Part shown: positions 53,228 through 64,000 of the stretch, piece by piece
Numbering within the stretch: the first letter of the stretch is position 1
Layout: each line of letters begins with the position of its first letter
Source: Octopus sinensis
Taxonomy: Eukaryota
Reading direction: 5' to 3'
Assembly: GCF_006345805.1 (NCBI RefSeq)
Contig: NC_042998.1
Span: 107,942,001 to 108,006,000 of the forward strand
Length of the DNA: 64,000 nucleotides
Notes under the pieces: generated by a model
Databases searched by the model: none
The model's input: the letters and a program-made list of their open reading frames with translations, nothing else
Told to the model about the DNA's origin: nothing
Translations under genes and position numbers: made by a program

Positions 53228-53317
53228 TTCAATAGTTCTGTCTTTTGTGATCAACAGCTCTTTGAAAGTGGCAATTTCTTTTGATAAACTATTCACCAAA
53301 GACTTCTGCTTGATGTT
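53228..53317 (-). CDS. CCDC171: CCDC171-like exon (phase 0/0)
   Basis: Acceptor ctctgtag|AAC and donor GAA|gtaaat. 90 nt open frame NIKQKSLVNSLSKEIATFKELLITKDRTIE with coiled-coil character. Confidence 0.75.
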
Positions 53318-55064
53318 CTACAGAGATTAAAGATAAGGTAAATACATTTAAGGAAAACATTTGATTTAAATATTGTAATCATTAATATTATTTGGGAGGT
53401 ACATGGTAAGGAAGAGAAGAAAATTTTTATTTTTTGATAAACCCTTTCATGCTCTGATTTTAAATCCTCCTGAGATCCACTTTACTTTCTAACCTTTCTG
53501 GGTCAATAAAATAAAAGTACCAGTCATATACTTGGGTCAGCTTAATCCTCAATATTTCTGTTGAGCCTATGTTAGAAATCTATTTCGTTAATATTCAGGG
53601 TTGTGCAGAGGAATGGATGTAGCAGAGAAATGAACATGCTGTAGATAGTTTTTAGTTATATCCTTTTATAGCCTGAGTTCAAATTCCACCTAGGTTCACT
53701 TTGCCTTTCAGTTTCTGGGGGGGGGGGATTTGTATCATAAAATTGTACTAATCAAGTACAGGGGCTGTTAATATCAGTTATACTCTCCTCAAAATGTGTG
53801 GTTTTGTACCTTTGCTAGAAATAATTATTAGAGTGATGTATATAACAATAATCTGACTGGATCAGCTATTGCTTGTAGACATTTTATTTCATTTTCATTA
53901 TTAATGCTGATAAGGAAAGTATGAATATCACTATAAACCAAAGATTTCTTTATAAAAAACTCATTATGAAACTTATTCTGATAATATAGTAAATGGTGTA
54001 GATCAATGAAAGAGCAAGATGTCAGATTGGATAGGGTTGGTGGGTGATACAGATGGCTGAGATTGCTGAGTGAGAGATTGGATGGTGGGTGGTATAGATG
54101 ACCAGATTGGATACTTTCCTGAAATACTTTACATGTAGATCACTGTTTTCAAACCCTATACAACTTCACATTTTATCTCACTGGGGTTAATACATTAAAT
54201 GTCAGTATTACACTGCAGTCAATGACAATGCAACAGTTTGGTGTGTTGTGTCTAGTAGAAAATTGTCTTCTACCAGGTCAAAAAACATTAAAATTAATAG
54301 GGAAGCAGGGAATAGGCTGATAGTTGAGTAGTTTTATAGTATCCAAAGTTTGATGCTTTGTTAATACTACTGGAAACAGCTTTTTACTTAACTTGCTATA
54401 GTTAATGCCAAGAACTGCAACCTCTATCAAAAGCAGTCTGTGTCTTGATGCAATAAACAGAAACAGATGCATTTTAATAGTTAAATACAAGTAATGTGTA
54501 ATTACAGTGGAGCAAGTGGAGAATGATTTGTGGGGTGTATAAATTTAACTAACTAGAAAAGCTGAAAACAAATGAGTTAAGGAAGTGGAGAAGATGTAGA
54601 TTAGAGTAGAGAATGAAGGAATGTTAATACTTGAGAGGATACAGGAATGAAGTATCTGAAAAGATAGTGGACCAACCAATGCCAGCATATCAAAATTGAA
54701 CATTAAAGAAGTGATGAAACACAGACAATAATTCTATTCATAATCACTACTCATTGTTAAGTAAGTATTGTACTGAATTTAAAGACATCTTTATCTCTGT
54801 AGTCATAAAACTCTATTTCATTCTGAAGTAGTTCAACCATTATCTATATTTTAAGATCAATAATATAATTATTTGGGCTTTATGCATTCCAGCATATATC
54901 TATCTTGTTTGATGTTTCATCTATTTGGACAATCAGAGTCAACTTGCCTTTGATCCTTCTGGTCTGAGTGAACAGTCTATGAAATTATTTTATTGATTCA
55001 ATTGATGATATTCACAAATAAATCACATGCCATTAGAGATGCGATTCACATAAAACACAAAAGA

Positions 55065-55950
55065 GCAGAGATTAGTACTATAAAGCACAATAAAAATAAG
55101 TACTTTAGCAGTTGAGGTAAGTAATTTAGAGTAAAGATAAATATTTTCAAGAAGAGATAAGCCCTAAAAAACAGAGGTAATATAGAATAGCAGTAAATAC
55201 AACTCAGTGGAAGTAAGCCCTACTGAATAGAGGTAAGAAAAATACAAAGAAGAAATAAGCACTACAGAGAAGAGGCAAGTATTTATTACAGTATAGAGGA
55301 ATGTATTTGTTGTTGAGTTGGTGTAGGTATTAAAGAGTATAGGTGTATATTTATTGTAGATAAGGGTGCATACTATAGTGTAGAGGTATGACCTATTGAG
55401 TACTACAGGGTAGAAGAAAATACTGTAGAGTAGAAATAAGAGTAGAGGTAAGACAAGTAATCAGTATAAATTAGAAATAAACCCTATAAATCTGAAGCGA
55501 GTACTTACTACACAGGTAGAATAAGTTTTACATATTAGATGTAAGTACTATAGAACAGATTTAAGTACTGTAAAGTAGAAATACTACACAGTAGAGGAAA
55601 AATGTTATAGGTTAGAGGTAAATACTATATGTGTAAATTAGACTAACAGTTTTATAGAGTTAAGTGCCTGGTAGAAAAGTAGTAAGTAAAATAGCACAGA
55701 GATAACAACCACTACAGCATAGAAAAAAATCATAGAAAATGTGGTTAAGTAGAGTAATGGTAAATGTTCTTTAGAGAAAAGTGTTAAGTATTCATTATAG
55801 AGCAGTTAGCAATTACAATAGTATAAAGGTAAGTGCAACAGAAGAGAAGTAAGTCATTATACATTGACTATATTTGCTATAGAGTGGTGGTGGTATTAGA
55901 GAGCAGGGGTAAGTACTAAAGAGTGGGTGTAAGTACTATAGAATAGGAGT
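55065..55950 (+). repeat. Old degenerate ~20-bp minisatellite (consensus approx. AGAGTAGAGGTAAGTACTAT)
   Basis: Recurring TAGAGGTAA / GTAAGTACTA cores over ~0.9 kb. Confidence 0.7.
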
Positions 55951-55998
55951 AATTTCTTGTGAACGTGTATTTTTCAGGGAATTTTACAAAATGCTCAC

Positions 55999-56120
55999 CT
56001 CTTCAGCAGCTTTATCAACCTTGTGTTTATATGTTGTCAAAATTTGACGTAATTGTTCTGTTGCTGATGAAGTTGTCAAGACACCAGATTTCAAGGATTT
56101 TCCAGGAAGAAGATCATGCT
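55999..56120 (-). CDS. CCDC171: CCDC171-like exon (phase 1/0)
   Basis: Acceptor ttctgtag|AG and donor GAG|gtgagc. Translates (K)HDLLPGKSLKSGVLTTSSATEQLRQILTTYKHKVDKAAEE, similar to recalled [21 protein letters not shown]. Confidence 0.82.
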
Positions 56121-57107
56121 CTACAGAATATAAACACTGCCATTACTTTGAGAAAGGAACATACATCACACGTTCCTCTTCTACCCTTTAAGGCATCATG
56201 TTTAAATAACATATTGCTTTGTGAAGTGCATGAAAACAACAAGAAAATTCAATGTGATACAATTCACTGCAATCATTACTGTTAATACCTGCTTATAGTT
56301 TAGTTTAGTATAGTTCCCATACTGGTATAGTTTGGTTGCTGCCTACTACAAGCCATAACCATAACACTACTTGTCTCAGTGTTTTCCTATCTTATCCACA
56401 AGATACAACTCCTGAAATTTACTTTACTATAGTTTTCAGAAATGCTAATTTATGATAAGATAGAAATTTATTACACATTTATAAGGGTATTACACATTTC
56501 TATTTAGAAGTTAGAAATTATCAGAAAATTACTTGTTTACCAATTACTGAACAGAGGCTATACACATAGCATCAGCAGACTACCTATAAATTTCAGTTAA
56601 TTTTAAGGAGTAAAATTACTTAATTATTTATCATTGATAGGAAGGAACAAACAGTGGGGATGTAGTGTTGAAAGTCTCTTTAATCTTGTCAGAGACAATC
56701 TCTCTAGTGCCAATGTCAAGGTAAAATGAACTTAGTCCATACTGAAAAATGATAGCAAAGAAAAATGAGGGCAAGATAGGGCAGAAGGATTCTTTTGTTT
56801 TGCAAACAATTTAGTACCAGTTGTATCATAGAATGTACCCAGTCCTTCTTGTAAAGTACTTGGTGATAGCAAGCACATTCAGCTGTTAAAGTCATACCTC
56901 TCTTCTAAAAAAAGACATACAATAGTAGAGATAATCAGTTTTTTTTGTTGTTGTGTATGCCAGATGATGAGGGGTTGCAGACATGTGATGAGACACTGGG
57001 AGATCCATCCAACTCATGTTAGCAGGAAAAATGATGATTGGGTGTAAAGGTAATAAGTTTATATCAGATATATCTTACTGATGTATCTTAAGAAGTGTGA
57101 ACATTAG

Positions 57108-57142
57108 CAGTGATTGGCCCATATCTAATGGGCCAATCACTG
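57108..57142. repeat. Perfect 15-bp-arm hairpin
   Basis: CAGTGATTGGCCCAT-atcta-ATGGGCCAATCACTG. Confidence 0.9.
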
Positions 57143-60100
57143 GTGCACTGCAGTTTGGGATATAACTCAGCAATAAGTTCTATGACACTGATAGAGTTTC
57201 AATAATTCATTCATCATACTTTTAATATCTACTTTTCCATGCTTGCATAGGTCAAAATTTGTTGAAATAGATATTCTACAACCAGATACCCTTCCTGTTG
57301 CCAACCCTCATCTGTTTTCAGATATGATATTTCCCCTTGATCAGACATGTTTTCACTGAAAATTGGAACTGAAGAACACTGCTTGTATAACAGTGGCTCT
57401 CATTTACAGCTATCCAGAAATGTCAAGACAAAGTGGCACAAACATGAGCATATGGATACATATATACATATGACAAGCTTCTCTCAGTTCCCATCAACAA
57501 ACTCCACTCAAAAGGAGTTGGACTATAGAAGGTGTCACTTGGTGAGACTAAGCTGAAAGCAAGAGGTTGGGAAGCAAACTTCTTAACCACACAGCCATGT
57601 CTGCATCTCTCTCTCTCTCTCATATATCTATATAATATATATTAGCTGTGAAACTACAGGAATGACTCAAAGGTTAGAGTTTCATGCCAAAGCACTTGCA
57701 AAAGTAGTGTGACAATTAAGAAATCTGTGCTGTGGAGAACATATTAGTTACATTACTTACAAACCAAAGTTAAAATATAAAAACTACCTTAAATCTTAAC
57801 TGAATAAAAAAGGTAGTATTCAAATGGAATGTTGGGAAAAAGGCAACTGATAGAGCATCAAAGAGAAAAAAATGTATTCAATGTGTTTAAGCATTTTGGA
57901 GAGAACCTGCTTGATATTCTAATTTCTATCTTATAAATCTAATAAGAGACAATCACAAATAATGATTTAAATTGAATAATGTTTTAACACCAATAAGGAA
58001 GTATAGATGATGTTCAAATTGATATTATGGCTTTCTGTTGCTAAAAAGTTAATTTTTTTTTCTCAAAGAAGAGATATTATACTTACTTGACTCATTCTCT
58101 TGGAAATTATTATTATGGCTTTTATTGAATTCAGAAGGTGAAAAATTAATGTCAGTCGAGGCAGAATTTGAACTTAAGAGACATGAAACATCAAATAACT
58201 ACTATAAAGTAGCTTATCTAGTTTTTTGGTGTCGACAACAACACAAACGTCACTATCTAATCAATATATCAGACAGAAATATAAGTACAACAATTTTTTT
58301 TTTATTAGTGCAGATTACAAAACATTAGAAAACAGATATTTCCGTTTATGTTACTGCTGGAATTGGTTCAGTGGATTCTAATCTCTAGTGAGGAGAAAAG
58401 TGGCATAGAATCTAAAGATCATTTGAAATCAAAAGAAACAGGGGTAGGAACAGTTATAAGATATTGTAAAAGAGAAAAAAAATTAGTGCATCTGAATCTG
58501 CTGAAGTGAGAGAAGGGTGATTATATTTTAGTGTTGGCAAAGTATATAACTTCGATTTTCAGCAAAATATTTGACATCAAACCTTTGCCAATAGTTTGTC
58601 TGGTTCTCATGTTCACTTTGATCTAGATATTTGTACAAAACACTCCCAAACTAAGTCAAAGCTAAACTTTCTTTGAAATTCGAAAAAGACTAGATTTTGT
58701 ATTACCAACCCTATTTTCTAGAGTGGCTTTATGGTATATACAGGACTAAAGATTAATAATGATGTGATCAGTAGTTGCAGCTTTCAGTTTCGATCTTATA
58801 ATGGCTCATCCAGATAGCAGTGATAAATTGAATAATACTTGTTGTTACTGTTGTTAAGTGGCTTGTATTAGATTTTCCCAATCAGTCTGATTGAATACTA
58901 AAAAAAAAAAAACTTATAAATGCAGCTATCCAAATAAGATGTATTTTAATGAATGACAAAATTTGATTGAATTTCACTTTCACATAGCACAACATATTAG
59001 TTACATTACTGTGCTAGTAATATACTAGTATAGTTTAAATTCTGGTTATATATCTGTGCTATGACCAATATATTGACAGACTGTAGTATATTCAGATATC
59101 TTAAATACTGATGATATATAGAGAATACCAAACGAGTTCCCTATGGATACCGTATTTATTACAATGAGTGGCTTGTAAACGTATCTGTATGTTCCAAGAG
59201 ATTGAACAACGGATAACACTCTTCCTCCATCTTTACCATCAATCTTAACAAAATCATTCACCTTGATATCGACAACAGTAGCCATCTTGTTGATAGATCT
59301 ACCTGCACTGCAAGAGTATCGACGAGCAGACGAAATATGTTGTGATTTTTTTGGCAACAAAAAATTGAATTACCACCAGAAATGTTTATATTTTATGTGT
59401 ATATGACTTTAAGTGATATCTGGTATAAAAAAGATAGTATGTTTGTTTAATTACATGGCTACATTCTACCTGCTCATGAAAGTAATGAATGAAGTTTAGT
59501 TGTAACTTATGAATGACAAAAGTAGTGCTGTCACCGTGACCTTGGGTCATCACCATGGATTGACCAATCAGAAGCAGTGCTCGCAGTATCTGAGATATGT
59601 TAGATACCAAAAATATCTCAAAGTGTTCTCACTCACATGTGTGTAATAAAATCAAATATCTTACTTTTGTTATAGTCACAAATCTTAAATAGTAGCCTTT
59701 GGTATGAAAAAATTATAAATGAAGAAGCATCTGTTTAAAGTCTGCCTGTTCTACTAAAGCTAACTGAACTCTAAGATCACATCTCTCACTCCTTAATTTA
59801 TGCAATTATTACTAAACCTCTCCTTCCTTATTTACTGCACTGAGCAAATGATCAGCTCTACAGTAAGACTGGATTATTATTATTATTCAATTCTAAAGTA
59901 GAAATTAAGGTAATGTCATATCTTTCATTGCTTACTTGTTTCAGTCATTGGACTGCAGCCTTGCTGGGGTACCACATTGAAGGGTTTTAGATGAACAAAT
60001 CAACCCCAGTACTTATTTTTTTTTTTAAAATCTGATACTTATTGTATAGGCCTCTTTTCACAGAAGACTAAGTTATGGGGATGTAAGCAATCCAACACCA

Positions 60101-61348
60101 GTTGTCAAACACAAACAGAGACACACACACACATGGCAGGCTTCTTTCAGTTTCTATCTACTAACAAAGTTTTGGTCAGAGCAGAGTAGAGTGGAAGATA
60201 TTTGCCCAACGTACCACACAGTAGAACTGAACCCAAAACCTTATAGACTAAATACTTTGTCATATTATCTAAAAGAAAGAAATGAGCCAATAAGAGATAC
60301 TCTAATTGGTTACTTGACTTGTTAGAATTAACTACCAAATCTTGCTCAAATTGAATCCCATAGGCTTAAATATGAAAGACAAAAGACAAATTAAGACACC
60401 TTAAAAAGACAGGGTGATAATAAGCTTGCTCAGTCAAAGCTGGCATGGGTCTAAACACAACAAAGGAAAAGTTCTACCAATATTTAAAAAAATTCAATAG
60501 TTAAGTTAAATAAGGAAGGATACTGTCCATGATTGGCTCAAAAAACTATGCCTCTTAGATCATCCCCATACAGAAGATTTAAAGAATGGACAATGTTAAA
60601 AGTACACAAAGGTCAGATGGTAGTGTTCAACCAAGTGAACGATTAAGTCTACCATCTAAGGCAGATATAGTCCATTTGATGAACTTCCACACTACTTCTT
60701 CATGTTTACAAGACTTTGGATGATACAAGGCTATCATAGGAGACATTTGGCAAGGTACTGATCAGTGAGATTGAACCTAAAACCATGGATTTGTGAAAGA
60801 AACTAATTATTAACACAACCATATTTGTAACCAAATTTGCCTTTCATTGACCTTTGGTAAGGTCATACACTTGATTGTATTTGACATGCAGACTATAGAG
60901 TTGATAGACTGGAGTATTGCAAAGTGTTGTACTTGTAATAATTAATTAAATTGATTTGGACATTCTTGACCCAAGTATCTCAATTAATTTAAGCTAGTTA
61001 CAATTACTTCAGCTCCAGAGGGTGAAGTAGTAATAGTGGTAGTGATAATAATGTTATCACTAGTCTTAATAGAAGTATTATTATGATGATGCTGATTGAT
61101 GAAAGAAAAGATGATGATAGTAATGAAAACGATAATAAAGAAAACATAAGGAGTTAGAAATTTGCAGGGTGGGGGTGGGGAGAGAGAGATTTATTGAAAA
61201 ATTGACAGAATAATAAATAGAGTCTGAAAGCCAGTTTTCCTGTAACTTTATATAATAATGTTACAAGCAATATCTTACAGCTCAGTCTGAAGTTCTGCCA
61301 CTGCAATAAAATTCAGTGATTAATATAAAATCTTTACATTATACTTAC

Positions 61349-61478
61349 TCCCAGGTTTAGATACTGTATTCTTAGCGAGTTTAGATTTGTCTTCAATCAG
61401 AAAGTTGTGTAGAAGGATGTCTAACTCACGCATACATCCAGTGTGCTTTTCTTCCAAGTATATTTGGCGTTTCTTGGC
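61349..61478 (-). CDS. CCDC171: Coiled-coil domain-containing protein 171-like, first exon seen in window (phase 0/1)
   Basis: Acceptor atttcag|GCC and donor GGGA|gtaagt. Translates AKKRQIYLEEKHTGCMRELDILLHNFLIEDKSKLAKNTVSKPG, resembling the CCDC171 segment recalled as AKKHQAFL...ELESILDSF. Phase matches the next exon. Confidence 0.82.
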
Positions 61479-61522
61479 CTGAAATATATATATATATATA
61501 TATTTATCCATCTGTCTATCTA

Positions 61523-61574
<52 letters not shown>

Positions 61575-61678
61575 TACATGCATACATACACACACAAACA
61601 TATATATATATACCTACACACACATACATTCAAACATATATATCCATACACATGTACACTTACATATATACACACACA

Positions 61679-62122
61679 TATATATAAACATACAATAAGA
61701 TATTATAATGATAAGTCAATATGATATATTAAATACGTTATAATATAGGTGGCTAAAGCAATTAAAAACCAAAAAGGAAGAATTCATAAATAAGGGTGAA
61801 AAATAGCACCTACAATTGCTAGAAATAAGAGGTAAAAAATACTTCAAATTACTTCATTCAGTGAGTTTTATCTCGCTGGAGAAAGATGTGGCTTGCTCCT
61901 CAGAGTCCCTTTGAATATCTCATGAGGTTGGTGATTTTGTGTGGCTATTCAAGTTATATTTTTTAGCTCTTATTTCTAGCAATTGTAGGTGCTATTTTGC
62001 ACTCTTATTTAGGTATTCTACCTTTTTGATTTTTAATTGCTTTAGCCACCTATATAATAGCGTATTTAATATATCAGAATATTAATTTATTGTTATGATA
62101 TCTTATTGTACGTTTATATATA
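61679..62122. repeat. Long inverted repeat (~170-bp arms, ~100-bp spacer)
   Basis: 61679-61849 is the imperfect reverse complement of 61947-62122, for example AAATAGCACCTACAATTGCTAGAAATAAGAG / CTCTTATTTCTAGCAATTGTAGGTGCTATTT. Confidence 0.9.
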
Positions 62123-62323
62123 CTCAAACCGCTTTGAATTTTGGTGCTTGCTGTTCAATGGTTATTTTCCCTCATGAGCTAATGGGACGCAAGCTATATA
62201 AAGGTTCACACTGTTATATGCATACACACACCACACACACACACAAACATATATATATGTAGAGACAGAGATAGAGAGAGAGAGAAATAGACAAACAGAT
62301 AGATATTGATGCATACACACATA

Positions 62324-63430
62324 CACTGCATGTCAAATTATTAGGTAGCTCATTTTTTTTTTGAATAACAGAGTATTTATTCATTCAGATCCAGATATTT
62401 TCCCACTGCATGATGATAATACCCATCTGCATGTACTGTACCAAGATAAATCTGATCCACCCTTATGTAAAGAAACAATGGTCATTTTTGTTAATAGGCA
62501 TCATTTTTCTCGTCCTAAATTATTAAGTAGCTCTACTAAAAATGCTAATTATGCAAAAACAAACATTTATTTAATGCGACAATTAATTTTTAACAACAAA
62601 TATAATCATAACGGACTTTATAATGAACCTAATAATATGTTTGAATGGAAATAATACAAGAAATATGACGTCATGAAGTTCTTAGTGATGGATGTATGAT
62701 CCTCCACATGAGAGAATGTCTATGAGGTATTTATCCATTGAACTTGTCATGGTAACTATTTCATCTGAGGTGTTACTGTCAGAAGCATCTTCAATAGCTT
62801 CCCAGAGTGCATTTTTTGTTGAAAACCACCGTCCATCTTTATATATCTTTCTCTTCAGAACAGTCCATAGATTTTCAATCGGGTTTAAGGCAGCTGGCCA
62901 CTTCATTCTTGGCTACCTGATTCAGGAGGCAACAGCTGGTAGATTTTGAAATGTCTTCCCTACCACAACGTTTAAACACTTCTTGACTAGTCAGACACAT
63001 GTTCTTTGCAACTTCCCTTGTTATACATGACAGGGTACGCTTGGAAACAACCCTCAATTTACCCTTGTCAGCCCTTGAACAGACAGCAGAAGACTCCACA
63101 AATTTCTTCACAGTTCTATGATCTTTTCCCAGGATCTTTGATATTTCCAATGTCGTTTTTATTTTTTCAAGCTCTGAGACAATGGTGGATTTCTCCTTTG
63201 ATGTTAAATCAGGTTATTGACCCATAATAACACTTTTATTGGGCACTTGCCTAATAATTTAGAATGGTAAAATTGTTGGTGTTTAATGAAAATGGCCGCC
63301 GTTTGTTTACACTTATTTTACTACAGTATGTGCAGGTATATGTTGCCATCATTCAGTGAAAAAATATCTGGATTCGAACAAATAACTTTGTTATTTTGAA
63401 AAAAACAGAGCTGCCTAATAATCTGACATA
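62324..63430 (-). mobile_element. Internally deleted Tc1-like transposon with long TIRs
   Basis: TIRs over 110 bp (62329-62440 vs 63322-63430). HTH EISKILGKDHRTVKKFV lies next to the C-terminal KWPAALNPIENLW; the catalytic middle is missing. Confidence 0.85.
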
Positions 63431-63529
63431 TATATATATATATATATATGGATACATGTATATATATGGATTCATAATTAATGATACATGGATCAACAAG
63501 GTTCTGATTTAAGATAATTTTATTTATAT

Positions 63530-64000
63530 TTATAGCTGAATCATTGCCAGAACTAGAGAAGAAATTACAGGCATTGAAACAAGGTCTAGAATCAAAGGGC
63601 ATTAAAGTTAATTTAGCAAAAATGAAAGTCTTAGTAAGTAGGAAAGCAGACAAATCACAGATCTTTTCAGGTAGATGGCATAGGTAGAAACTCCATAAGA
63701 TGTACCCAGCGCAAGCAATGGACATATAAGAGCTGCAGCAATATCAGAGGAAAGTTAACAGGGAAAATAGTCTTTGTGTGTGGCAGATGCACAGTACAAT
63801 AAACACTAGAAATGTAAAGAGAAAAAACTCCAACAAATGCCAGTGGGGTACCTAGAAGTAGTTGATAGCTTCCATTATCTAGGTGACCAAGTCAGCAGTG
63901 GAGGTGGATAATTTGAGAGTGTAGCTGTCAGAATAAGAATAGGCAAGGCAAAGTTGAAAGAGCTCCTAATTCTGTTGGTATCAAAGGACCCCTCCCTGAA
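63530..64000 (+). mobile_element. RTE LINE RT C-terminal fragment, runs off the window
   Basis: IAESLPELEKKLQALKQGLESKGIKVNLAKMK...; homologous to 1936-2400 and 19440-19910. Confidence 0.85.

Noticed and set aside
57050-57095. Faint resemblance to antisense U2 snRNA (TATCAGATA...CTGAT)
   Set aside because: The match is too short and lacks the branch-point recognition and Sm sites.

Overview
AT-rich, repeat-dense eukaryotic genomic DNA. The repeat inventory (RTE LINE tails ending in (GAT)n, tRNA-derived SINEs, many microsatellites) looks like an octopus or other cephalopod genome; this is an inference. The window is the interior of one large minus-strand gene, most likely CCDC171. I resolved 12 GT-AG exons (about 2.1 kb, ~712 codons) that splice in consistent phase, including a 39-nt micro-exon; neither the start nor the stop codon is in the window. 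The introns hold decayed mobile elements: RTE LINEs, an RLE-type (Hero/NeSL-like) retroelement, R4/Dong-like and CR1-group fragments, Penelope-like pieces, Tc1 and mariner transposons, pogo/Tigger remnants, hAT- and TTAA-type MITEs and a Helentron-like element. The most unusual signals are several minimal hammerhead-ribozyme-like motifs in Penelope-type terminal repeats (three share a non-canonical CUGUNGA core), a ~170-bp-arm foldback next to an exon, and a CpG-rich promoter-like orphan ORF segment. No prokaryotic system, CRISPR array or intact RNA gene was seen.
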